The notes below the pieces were generated by a model, which was not told where the DNA came from, ran no database searches, and saw only the letters and a program-made list of their open reading frames with translations. Shown here one piece after another: positions 1 to 8,044 of a DNA stretch of 28,095 nucleotides (the stretch's first letter is position 1; every line of letters begins with the position of its first letter). Position numbers and translations under genes: made by a program. Origin of the DNA: Verrucomicrobiota bacterium (GTDB lineage: Bacteria; Verrucomicrobiota; Verrucomicrobiia; Verrucomicrobiales; DEV007); assembly GCA_045046875.1 (NCBI GenBank), contig JASFYY010000098.1, forward strand, positions 1-28,095, read 5' to 3'.

Positions 1-17
1 CACTGATGGACACTGAT
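1..17 (+). repeat. Two CACTGAT units at 10-nt period (triplet-repeat family, probably cut by the window edge)
   Basis: cactgatgga-cactgat; same unit and period as the array at 4731-4757. Confidence 0.6.
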
Positions 18-94
18 ATTAATATAAAATCATGTTTTCTTCTTTAAAATAGGCATTTCACTTTAATCCTTCACCATTAACAATTATACCCACC

Positions 95-1033
95 ATGAGC
101 ACAGCCAAAGACCTCTACTCATTTGACGATCTCTGCAAGTGGTCGAAATCCACCAGCCAACTCAAGCCCCCCGCTCGATTGAGCGTGTTCGGCGATCCCG
201 TCGCCCACTCCCGCTCCCCGCAAATGCACACCCCTGCCCTGCTGGACGTCGGCATCGATGCCCAGTACGTGCGCCTGCACATTCATCCCGAAGAACTGCA
301 ACCAGCCCTGCAGCAGCTAAAAGAACAAAACTTCATCGGAACCAATCTCACCATCCCCCACAAAGCCGCCGCGATCGAGTTCATGGATGACATCGACGAG
401 ACCGCTCGCCGCATCGGCGCGGTCAACACCGTGCTGGTTGAAGACCAAAAATTGATCGGCTTCAACAGTGACGGCCCTGGTTTTTCCCGAGCCATCCGCG
501 AAGAATTCTCCGTCGATCTACGCGACTTGCGCATCCTCATCATCGGTGCCGGCGGAGGCGCCGGGCGCGCTGTAGCGGTTCAGGCTGCAATGGATCATTG
601 CGAACGTCTGGTGCTCGCCAATCGCACCACCCAAAAAGCCGAGTCTCTCGCAGCGGAGCTTGCTCCTTTTTTCAAGGAAGACCGGATCGCCGGTCCGATG
701 GAACGCCTCGAAGCGATCTCAATGGACGAAGCCGCACTGGCCGCACAAATGGACAACATCGACCTGATTGTCAACGCCACCTCGCTGGGAATGAAACGCA
801 GTGACCCCGAAGTCTTACCCTCCCACCTGATCCAACCCCATCAATTCATCTACGACATGGTTTACAGCCCGTCACGCACCCACCTGATCTCGCAAGCAGA
901 AAATGCAGGGGCTCGCGCCGCGAATGGCCTCTCCATGCTGCTCCATCAGGGCGCGATCTCATTTGAATACTGGTTCAACCGCGAAGCCCCGCTGGCAGCG
1001 ATGCGCAAAGGCCTCGAAGAGTCATTTGATTAA
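95..1033 (+). CDS. aroE: Shikimate dehydrogenase
   Basis: GDPVAHSRSPQMH, GTNLTIPHK, GAVNT, GFNSDGPG, GAGGGAG NADP-binding loop, NATSLGM, YDMVYSP, GLSMLLHQG. Confidence 0.96.
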   Translation: MSTAKDLYSFDDLCKWSKSTSQLKPPARLSVFGDPVAHSRSPQMHTPALLDVGIDAQYVRLHIHPEELQPALQQLKEQNFIGTNLTIPHKAAAIEFMDDIDETARRIGAVNTVLVEDQKLIGFNSDGPGFSRAIREEFSVDLRDLRILIIGAGGGAGRAVAVQAAMDHCERLVLANRTTQKAESLAAELAPFFKEDRIAGPMERLEAISMDEAALAAQMDNIDLIVNATSLGMKRSDPEVLPSHLIQPHQFIYDMVYSPSRTHLISQAENAGARAANGLSMLLHQGAISFEYWFNREAPLAAMRKGLEESFD

Positions 1034-1103
1034 AGCCGCGTAACAAAAAAATGCTGGCAAGGATCCGCTCTCAGGAGTATATTAACGAAATAGAATAAGC
1101 CCC

Positions 1104-3128
1104 ATGCAACCTTCTACAATTCACCCCTCCCCGTTACGCAAACTGGTTGTCATTCTATTTTTAATGACCCTGCCCTGTCATTCTCCACTTCCTGCCGCTG
1201 ACGACTTACGTGTCTTACCCACCGATTTTAATTCGGACAAAAAACAGCAAATGATGCGAAGTTACCTTCGCCAGCTCACCCACCAGCGGCTCGACCAACG
1301 ACTGGAAGAAATCGAACAACTCAAGAGCCAGGAGCAAATCGAAGCCTACCAGAAAAAACTCCAGGCATTCTTTTTGCAAAACATCGGTGGACTACCGCCC
1401 CAAAGCCCGCTGAACGCACAAGTCACCGGCCAGCATGACTACCCGGATTACTCGGTCGAAAATATCATCTTCGAATCCCAACCCGGTTTTTTTGTCACCG
1501 CCAATCTCTACCTGCCCAAAAACAAAGGGCCTCACCCCGGCATCTTACTGCCCTGCGGACACAGCTCCAACGGCAAAGCCGCCGAGCCCTATCAAAAAGC
1601 CTCCATCCTGCTAGCTCAAAACGGCTTTGTTGTGCTTTGCTGGGATCCCATCGGACAAGGCGAACGCCTACAGTTGTTAAACCTGCCAAACGCTCCTCAA
1701 GGAACTTCCGAACACATGAGCGAAGGCGTCGCCCCGATCTTGCTCGGACGAGGCCTCTCCACCTACATGATCTGGGACGGCATGCGCGCCATTGACTACC
1801 TGCAATCCCGCCCAGAAGTGATCCCTGATAAAATAGGCAGCACCGGCATCTCCGGCGGAGGCAACTTAACCGCCATGCTGATGGCACTCGATCCCCGCAT
1901 CAAAGCGGCCGCCCCCGGATGTTTCATCACTACCACCCGTATCAAAAACGAAAAACCCGGCCCTGGTGACGCCGAACAGAATATTTTCAGCCAAACCGCA
2001 GCAGGCCTCGACCACCCGGACTTCGCTATTATCCGCGCCCCGCAACCCACCCTCATCCTCGCTGCCACCCAGGATTTTGTTCCCATCGAAGGAAGCTGGA
2101 TCGCCTACCGCCAGGCCAAACGAATCTACGGACGACTGGGTTTCCCCGAACGCATGCGCTTGGTGGAGGCCGACGTGAAACACGGGTTTGACCGCCCGCT
2201 TCGCGAAGCCACCACGCGCTTCATGATGCGCTACCTGCTCAACACCCCCTCAGAGATCAGCGAAGCGAACGAAGTCCCGATTGCCCCCGACGCCGATCTC
2301 TATGCCACACCCGAAGGTCAGGTTTTAAAACTACCTAATGCGCGATCCATCTTCCAAGTTAATCAAGACTTCTCTCATCAACTGCGCAAAAAACGAGAAC
2401 AATTTCAAAACACAAACACGAGTAAAAACATGCTCGAAAAAGTCCGGCAACTCAGCAACATTCGTCAACTAGACAAAATCCCTCTACTCAAAAAACAAAG
2501 TCTCGGCCAAATTCAACTGGATGGATTCAGTGGAGAAAAAATCCTATTCACCCCCGAGCCAGGCATCGTTTTACCCGCGATCAAATTCCAACCCATCAAA
2601 TCCACCGGCGAGCCCATACTCTACCTCAACCAACAAGGCAAAACCGCCGACCCCCAAACCCTCGTCGCCCTGCTCAAAAAAGGCCACCCGATCCTGGCCG
2701 TCGATATCCGTGATACCGGAGAAACCCGCACCCATAACTGGCGCTACGGCCAAGCCGCTGAAATCACCGGTCCCGCCACCGCCGAATTTTTCATCGCTTA
2801 CATGCTAGGGAAATCCTACCTCGGCATGAGAGCCGAAGACATCCTCAACTGCGCCCGCTATTTGTCAGAGGAAAACGGCGCTCCTCAAAAAATCAAATTG
2901 ATCGTCGCCGGAACTTCCGGTGAGCTGTCTCCTCCCGCCCTACACGCAGCTGCCTTGGAACCACAGCTCTTCTCCTCCACCGAATTTGAGAATTCACTGG
3001 AAACCTGGCAGAAAGTCATCGACACTCCTGTCACCAAAAATCGCTTGATCAATACGGTTCATGGAGCACTCGAATTTTACGATTTGCCTGACCTGAACTC
3101 ATTGATCAATAAAAATTCTCCCGAGTAA
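1104..3128 (+). CDS. Secreted acetylxylan-esterase-like alpha/beta hydrolase with two hydrolase-like halves
   Basis: N-terminal signal-like segment (RKLVVILFLMTLPCHSPLPA); FESQPGFFVTANLYLP, CGHS, DPIGQGER, DGMRAIDYL, nucleophile motif GISGGG; second half with DIRDTGE but no GxSxG. Confidence 0.8.
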   Translation: MQPSTIHPSPLRKLVVILFLMTLPCHSPLPAADDLRVLPTDFNSDKKQQMMRSYLRQLTHQRLDQRLEEIEQLKSQEQIEAYQKKLQAFFLQNIGGLPPQSPLNAQVTGQHDYPDYSVENIIFESQPGFFVTANLYLPKNKGPHPGILLPCGHSSNGKAAEPYQKASILLAQNGFVVLCWDPIGQGERLQLLNLPNAPQGTSEHMSEGVAPILLGRGLSTYMIWDGMRAIDYLQSRPEVIPDKIGSTGISGGGNLTAMLMALDPRIKAAAPGCFITTTRIKNEKPGPGDAEQNIFSQTAAGLDHPDFAIIRAPQPTLILAATQDFVPIEGSWIAYRQAKRIYGRLGFPERMRLVEADVKHGFDRPLREATTRFMMRYLLNTPSEISEANEVPIAPDADLYATPEGQVLKLPNARSIFQVNQDFSHQLRKKREQFQNTNTSKNMLEKVRQLSNIRQLDKIPLLKKQSLGQIQLDGFSGEKILFTPEPGIVLPAIKFQPIKSTGEPILYLNQQGKTADPQTLVALLKKGHPILAVDIRDTGETRTHNWRYGQAAEITGPATAEFFIAYMLGKSYLGMRAEDILNCARYLSEENGAPQKIKLIVAGTSGELSPPALHAAALEPQLFSSTEFENSLETWQKVIDTPVTKNRLINTVHGALEFYDLPDLNSLINKNSPE

Positions 3129-3161
3129 TCTCAATAACCTCCAAAAAAACTCCGATCAATT

Positions 3162-4094
3162 ATGAAACGCCGCGCCTTTTTCCCTCTTGCATTGAGCCTC
3201 GCCGCTCTATCCTCCACTCTTGTCAGCCCCTCTCTTTTGGCCGCCGACAAAGATGCCAAAGATGACGGCAAACTGCGCATCATCTGCTTTGGAGCCCATC
3301 CCGATGACGCCGAATACAAAAGCGGAGGCACCGCAGCCAAATGGGCAGCCATGGGCCATCACGTCAAAATGGTCTCCGTTACCAACGGCGATATCGGACA
3401 TTGGAAGGAAGCCGGGGGCGCGCTGGCCAAACGCCGCACTCACGAAGCCGCAGAAACTTCAAAGATCCTTGGCAGCACCTCCAAAGTGATGGATATCCAC
3501 GACGGCGAGCTGATGCCCACCTTGGAAAATCGCAAACGCATCGTGCGCCTGATCCGCGAATGGAATGCCGACATCGTCATTGCTCACCGTCCTTGGGATT
3601 ACCACCCGGATCACCGTTATGTTGGCATTCTGCTACAGGACGCCGCCTTCATGGTCGCCGTTCCATTTTTCTGCCCCGATACCCCGGCGCTGAAAAAAAA
3701 CCCGGTTTTCCTCTACTCCAGCGACCGCTTTCAAAAACCCTACCCCTTCACCCCCACCATCGCCGTTGACATCGATGACGTCATGGATCAAAAAGTCCGT
3801 GCCGTGGAGCAACTGCGCACCCAGAATTATGAAGGCGGCGTTTTTGGCAGTGACGAAAAAATGGCCAAAATTCCCTCACCCGATGACAAGGAAGCCCGCT
3901 TTGAATACATGAAAAAAAGCTGGAGCCGCCGCAATGGCCGGGAGGCAGACAAATACCGTGACCTGCTGATCAAATACTACGGCAAGGAACACGGTGAAAA
4001 AGTCAAACACGCCGAGACTTTCGAAATTTGCGAATACGGCCGCCAGCCCAGCGCAGCCGACATCAAAAAACTATTCCCCTTTTACGGAAAATGA
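3162..4094 (+). CDS. PIG-L/LmbE family N-acetyl deacetylase with twin-arginine-like signal peptide
   Basis: GAHPDDAE and YHPDH metal-binding motifs, TNGDIG, ETFE near the C-terminus; N-terminus MKRRAFF followed by a hydrophobic stretch. Confidence 0.9.
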   Translation: MKRRAFFPLALSLAALSSTLVSPSLLAADKDAKDDGKLRIICFGAHPDDAEYKSGGTAAKWAAMGHHVKMVSVTNGDIGHWKEAGGALAKRRTHEAAETSKILGSTSKVMDIHDGELMPTLENRKRIVRLIREWNADIVIAHRPWDYHPDHRYVGILLQDAAFMVAVPFFCPDTPALKKNPVFLYSSDRFQKPYPFTPTIAVDIDDVMDQKVRAVEQLRTQNYEGGVFGSDEKMAKIPSPDDKEARFEYMKKSWSRRNGREADKYRDLLIKYYGKEHGEKVKHAETFEICEYGRQPSAADIKKLFPFYGK

Positions 4095-4279
4095 GTGAGC
4101 CGGAGCTTAATGATAAAAACTCCGATCCGTCCGTGCAGCTGACGGACGGAGAAAGCTCCTCGGCTAAGCCTGTCGACCCAAAAGAAGTAGACTCACCTGC
4201 CGAGCTCAGCGCCGAAGAGCAAATGGCGCTCTACGAAAAATCCCTCAAAGAAGACGACTGGGGTCACCAGCCCTGTTGA
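4091..4279 (+). CDS. Small acidic hypothetical protein, 62 aa, ending EEQMALYEKSLKEDDWGHQPC
   Basis: ATG at 4091 overlaps the upstream TGA (ATGA coupling); protein-like composition; true start lies inside the 4028..4279 track ORF. Confidence 0.75.
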   Translation: MSEPELNDKNSDPSVQLTDGESSSAKPVDPKEVDSPAELSAEEQMALYEKSLKEDDWGHQPC

Positions 4280-4285
4280 ACAGGA

Positions 4286-4712
4286 TCAAGGCGAATCATC
4301 CCTGAGCACTTGGCGAATTTCTTCGAGTAAAGCCTGCCACACTTCTGGCTCAAACCTCCATCTAGCGATTCGCAAAGACTGGGCACGGTCAAACGACCTA
4401 TATGCAATCCCCGTATTCGGTGAAATGAGCTTCATTCTCACGATTCACGATCACTGATTTGCCATCACGGTACCAAGCTGATACGACCTCTTTATCAACC
4501 CGGACTTCTTCGATTCGGCTTTTCGCTTGCCCGGAATACAAGTTCAATAGAATCCCCAACAATAAAGGTAAAACTAATAAATTTCTAAAAACAGCAAAGT
4601 CAGCTATCAGTGCAATGAAATAAATAGCCAAAAAAGCCCCTCCTAGGTATTTCGCAATCACAAACCTTGAATTCCTGCTGGCTTTAAATGTTACGCTTAG
4701 CGACCGGTTCAT
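4286..4712 (-). pseudogene. AT-rich two-TM membrane protein gene, apparently split by a frameshift near 4400-4440
   Basis: ORF from ATG 4712 (MNRSLS...) has two hydrophobic segments and stops at TAG 4398-4400; the shifted frame continues RSFDRAQSLRIARWRFEPEVWQALLEEIRQVLRDDSP to TGA 4286-4288, tail-to-tail with the gene ending at 4279. Confidence 0.55.
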
Positions 4713-4727
4713 AAAAACTAAAAAATC

Positions 4728-4757
4728 AACCACTGATTTTCACTGATAAACACTGAT
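4728..4757 (+). repeat. Triplet tandem repeat, left arm: AAC-CACTGATttt-CACTGATaaa-CACTGAT
   Basis: CACTGAT at 4731, 4741, 4751 (10-nt period). Confidence 0.85.
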
Positions 4758-4833
4758 CTTTCAAACTGACGGCTCATCCTTTCACTCTGAAAATCCCAAA
4801 CCTCATTGTTAAAAGATATCCTAAATTCTCTTA

Positions 4834-4861
4834 TTTCGTGTTTTCCGTGACTTTCGTGGTT
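4834..4861 (-). repeat. Triplet tandem repeat, right arm: AAC-CACGAAagt-CACGGAaaa-CACGAAa
   Basis: TTCGTG/TCCGTG/TTCGTG at 4835, 4844, 4853 (9-nt period) followed by GTT on +. Confidence 0.85.
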
Positions 4862-4916
4862 AAACCCATTCTGTTCGTAATTCAACCAAGTCAATGGCCC
4901 CAACCCTCTCCCCGCC

Positions 4917-5852
4917 TCAAAGCCCCAGCAGTCTAACCTGCTCCTCATCTCGGGCAATCTGCATCTTCAAATCATCCAGGCTGGCAAACTTCTTCTCCTC
5001 ACGAATCATTTGCACAAAAGTGATTTCCAGATCCTCGTCATAAATCTCTTCATCAAAATCGAACAGAAACACCTCCAACAAACGTCGTTCCCGCACTCCT
5101 TCCAAGGTGGGGCGATAACCCAAATTCGCCAAGCTGACATGCCGCAAGCCCTTGCCTGAATCCCGTGCGGCTATCACCGCATACACCCCACTGGGCGGCA
5201 ACTGTTCATTATGCACACTCAAATTGGCCGTCGGATACCCCAGGGTCCGTCCTAATTGTTTGCCCTTCACCACCGTTCCCAAAACGGTGTATTCCCGTCC
5301 CAATAGTTTTTCCACTGCGCTGAAATCCCCCTGATCCACCGCCCGGCGAATCGCTGTGCTGCTGATCACCTCTTCCCCTTCACGCACCGGCAATACCCCG
5401 GTCACATCAAATCCCAGATCCTCGCCCAAGCGCGTCAATAAACCAATGTCCCCGGAACGCTGATGACCAAACACCCAATCCCTGCCCACGCTGATCTGCC
5501 GCAAATCCTCACACGCATCACTCAGCTGCTGAATAAAATCATCTCCATTCAATTTGGAAAAAGCCTCGTCAAAATGAATCAACAAAACATGATCCACCCC
5601 CAGCGATTCCATCAGCAACAACTTGTGCCGCGTAGAAGTTAACAGCCGCGGCGCTTCCACCGCTGACAGCACAGACCGGGGATGAGGATCAAAAGTCACC
5701 ACCACCGTCGTGCCACCGCACTCTGCCGCCGCATCCACTGCCGCTCCAATCACCGCCTGATGTCCCTTGTGCAGCCCATCAAAAACCCCGATCGCCAAAC
5801 ACACCGCCCCCGGAATCTCCCCCAAACCAGCAATATCCTCCACAAGCTGCAT
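4917..5852 (-). CDS. ribF: Bifunctional riboflavin kinase / FAD synthetase
   Basis: IGVFDGLHKGH, TFDPHP, ISSTAIR, GRTLGYPTANL, NLGYRPT; position after truB. Confidence 0.97.
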   Translation of the reverse strand: MQLVEDIAGLGEIPGAVCLAIGVFDGLHKGHQAVIGAAVDAAAECGGTTVVVTFDPHPRSVLSAVEAPRLLTSTRHKLLLMESLGVDHVLLIHFDEAFSKLNGDDFIQQLSDACEDLRQISVGRDWVFGHQRSGDIGLLTRLGEDLGFDVTGVLPVREGEEVISSTAIRRAVDQGDFSAVEKLLGREYTVLGTVVKGKQLGRTLGYPTANLSVHNEQLPPSGVYAVIAARDSGKGLRHVSLANLGYRPTLEGVRERRLLEVFLFDFDEEIYDEDLEITFVQMIREEKKFASLDDLKMQIARDEEQVRLLGL

Positions 5853-5886
5853 TCTATCTCCTAGCTTCTAACTCCTTTCTTCTAAA
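5852..5886 (+). repeat. Five-unit heptamer tandem array filling the truB-ribF spacer
   Basis: ttctatc tcctagc ttctaac tcctttc ttctaaa (exact 7-nt period). Confidence 0.75.
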
Positions 5887-5890
5887 TAAG

Positions 5891-6607
5891 TCACGCCCCC
5901 CTCATCCGCGACACCTCAGGCAGACTCAGCATTGTTCCGAGCACTTCATCCCTCTTGCCCTCTTTCAATTGCTCAAAAGTCACCACCCGGCTCAAATCAA
6001 ACTTACCTGAACGAGTCCGACGCAGTTTACTCAAATGCGCACCGCAGCCCAACTTCTCACCGATATCATGCGCATAAGTGCGCACATAAAAGCCCTTGCT
6101 GCACTTCACCGTAAAATCCACTTCCGGCAATTCAATCCGGTCGATGCGTTTGCTATACACATACACCAAACGCGGATCACGTTTCACCGTTTTGCCCTGA
6201 CGGGCCAATTTATAAAGTGGCACGCCATCTTTTTTGATCGCCGATACCATCGGGGGGGTCTGATAAAAATCACCTTTGAATTCATCAAAAACCGCATTCA
6301 CCACTTCATCAGAAAAGTCCGGCACTTCTTTTTCTTCTAAAATATCGCCCTCGGCATCCTGGGTATTAGTCGTCGCTCCCAGTGTGAGCGTGCCCACATA
6401 TTCCTTATCCTCGCTCATCAACAAATCCTGAATTTTTGTCGCCCGCCCTACCACCAGAATCAGCAACCCGGTCGCCATCGGATCCAAGGTGCCACAGTGA
6501 CCAATTTTTTTAATTCCCAGACAACGGCGCGCGACTGCCACCACATCGTGTGAGGTCATATCCTGCCCTTTATCCACCAACAATACTCCGTCTATTGAAT
6601 TATCCAT
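5891..6607 (-). CDS. truB: tRNA pseudouridine(55) synthase
   Basis: GVLLVDK..TSHDVV, GHCGTLDPMATGLL, QTPPMVSAIKKDG, CSKGFYVRT. Confidence 0.97.
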   Translation of the reverse strand: MDNSIDGVLLVDKGQDMTSHDVVAVARRCLGIKKIGHCGTLDPMATGLLILVVGRATKIQDLLMSEDKEYVGTLTLGATTNTQDAEGDILEEKEVPDFSDEVVNAVFDEFKGDFYQTPPMVSAIKKDGVPLYKLARQGKTVKRDPRLVYVYSKRIDRIELPEVDFTVKCSKGFYVRTYAHDIGEKLGCGAHLSKLRRTRSGKFDLSRVVTFEQLKEGKRDEVLGTMLSLPEVSRMRGA

Positions 6608-7577
6608 TTATCACTTGTTCAACACTGTTTAAAAATTTCGCAGCAGCCTCATCAATCGAACCACCCATCCGGGTGCCTGCAGCCAACTGGTGCCCACCTC
6701 CCCCAAACTTCCCACAAATCTCACCCACATCCGCTGCCGGTGTTTTAGAGCGGGCGCTGACCCGGATTTTTCCATCCTCCAGCTCTTCAAAAAATACCGC
6801 CACCACCACGCTGTCGACCGAACGAATCACGTCAATCAAACCCTCGGTGTCCGAAGGCTGCACACCATAACGATCTATCACCTCACGCCGCAGTTTCCAA
6901 CTAGCCACTTTCCCCTCAGATGAAATTTGCAATTCTTTCAGCAAGTCGCGTAGCACATATATCCTTCGCAAGGGGTATGACTCATAAAGCGATTGTGAAA
7001 TCGCACCCACATCCACCCCTCCTTGTAACAACTCCGCTCCCACCTCAAAAGTATGCGCAGTGGTACTCGGATACCGATAGGATCCGGTATCGGTAGAAAT
7101 CCCCGCCCAAATATTGTTCCTCACCACTTCATCCAGCGGCCAACCCATTTCTTCAATCAGATCAAATACAATCTCGCCCGTCGCTGGTGCTTTGGCGTCG
7201 ATGTAGTTCAAATCCCCATAAGCAGGGTTACTGATATGATGATCAATATTGACCAAAACCCCACGATCGGCAAAAGCCGCCCAGACCTCATCCCCGGCAC
7301 GTTGCTCAGAAGCCGTATCCAGGATCACCGTCATATCCACTTGCAACGGCGCTTTCAAATCAATCGGGCGCTGCACCATCGAAACCCCCGGCAAAAATTC
7401 CAGCGCTGCCGGAACTCCGTCCTGGTTAATCACCGTCACCTCTTTGCCCAACTTGCCCAATACCTGCGCTACTGCTACCGCGGAACCAATCGCATCACCA
7501 TCCGGGCGCATGTGACTCAGCACCGCTATGGTCTCGGCTTTTTGTAAAGCATCGCCGATTTGTCGAAGAGTCTGCAT
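6600..7577 (-). CDS. nrnA: DHH/DHHA1 phosphoesterase (NrnA-like oligoribonuclease/PAP phosphatase)
   Basis: HMRPDGDAIGS, IDHH, DTGSY, GGGGHQLAAG; usual position between rbfA and truB. Confidence 0.9.
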   Translation of the reverse strand: MQTLRQIGDALQKAETIAVLSHMRPDGDAIGSAVAVAQVLGKLGKEVTVINQDGVPAALEFLPGVSMVQRPIDLKAPLQVDMTVILDTASEQRAGDEVWAAFADRGVLVNIDHHISNPAYGDLNYIDAKAPATGEIVFDLIEEMGWPLDEVVRNNIWAGISTDTGSYRYPSTTAHTFEVGAELLQGGVDVGAISQSLYESYPLRRIYVLRDLLKELQISSEGKVASWKLRREVIDRYGVQPSDTEGLIDVIRSVDSVVVAVFFEELEDGKIRVSARSKTPAADVGEICGKFGGGGHQLAAGTRMGGSIDEAAAKFLNSVEQVING

Positions 7578-7608
7578 CCGGTCCCTATCAGCAAAATATT
7601 AACCCGCC

Positions 7609-7992
7609 TCAATCCTGGGAAGGCTCTTCCCCACCTTGCTCGGCATTTGGCTCACTTTCATCTGCCAGACTATCGAGCAAAGACACAATTCGCACCCCGC
7701 GTTCAACAGAATCATCAGAACGAAACTCCAAGCGGGGGGTGTAACGCATCGTCACCCGTTTACCCAGATAGCTTTGCATCGCCACCCGATTATGATTCAG
7801 TTTAGCTATCACTCGTGTAATAGCTCCCGGATCACCAATCACCCCCACAAATACACGAGCACTTTGCAAGTTGGGAGCCACCTCCACACTATGCACCGAA
7901 ACCAATACATTGAGGAAGTCGAATTCCTTGCTGATATACGTGCTTAGCTCACGCTTCAGCAACTCGTTGACTCTTAAAAGACGTTGGCTCAT
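7609..7992 (-). CDS. rbfA: 30S ribosome-binding factor A
   Basis: RLLRVNELLKRELS and MRYTPRLEFRSDDSVERG; start taken at ATG 7992 (MSQRL). Confidence 0.95.
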   Translation of the reverse strand: MSQRLLRVNELLKRELSTYISKEFDFLNVLVSVHSVEVAPNLQSARVFVGVIGDPGAITRVIAKLNHNRVAMQSYLGKRVTMRYTPRLEFRSDDSVERGVRIVSLLDSLADESEPNAEQGGEEPSQD

Positions 7993-8044
7993 GACACTTC
8001 CCGGCAAGTCGCCTTGCCCTAGGTTTATTTCTCAAATAAAAAGA

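Noticed and set aside
4277..4330. Selenocysteine read-through of Cys-TGA, with a downstream caggat/atccctg hairpin as SECIS
   Set aside because: The hairpin is weak, starts too close to the UGA and overlaps the likely 3' end of the opposite-strand gene; no Sec machinery in the window
4728..4861. CRISPR array
   Set aside because: Units are 9-10 nt with no unique spacers of about 30 nt, and there are no cas genes
4718..4957. 79-aa minus-strand ORF
   Set aside because: Overlaps the end of ribF and simply translates the repeat arms (NHESHGKHE, SVFISENQW)
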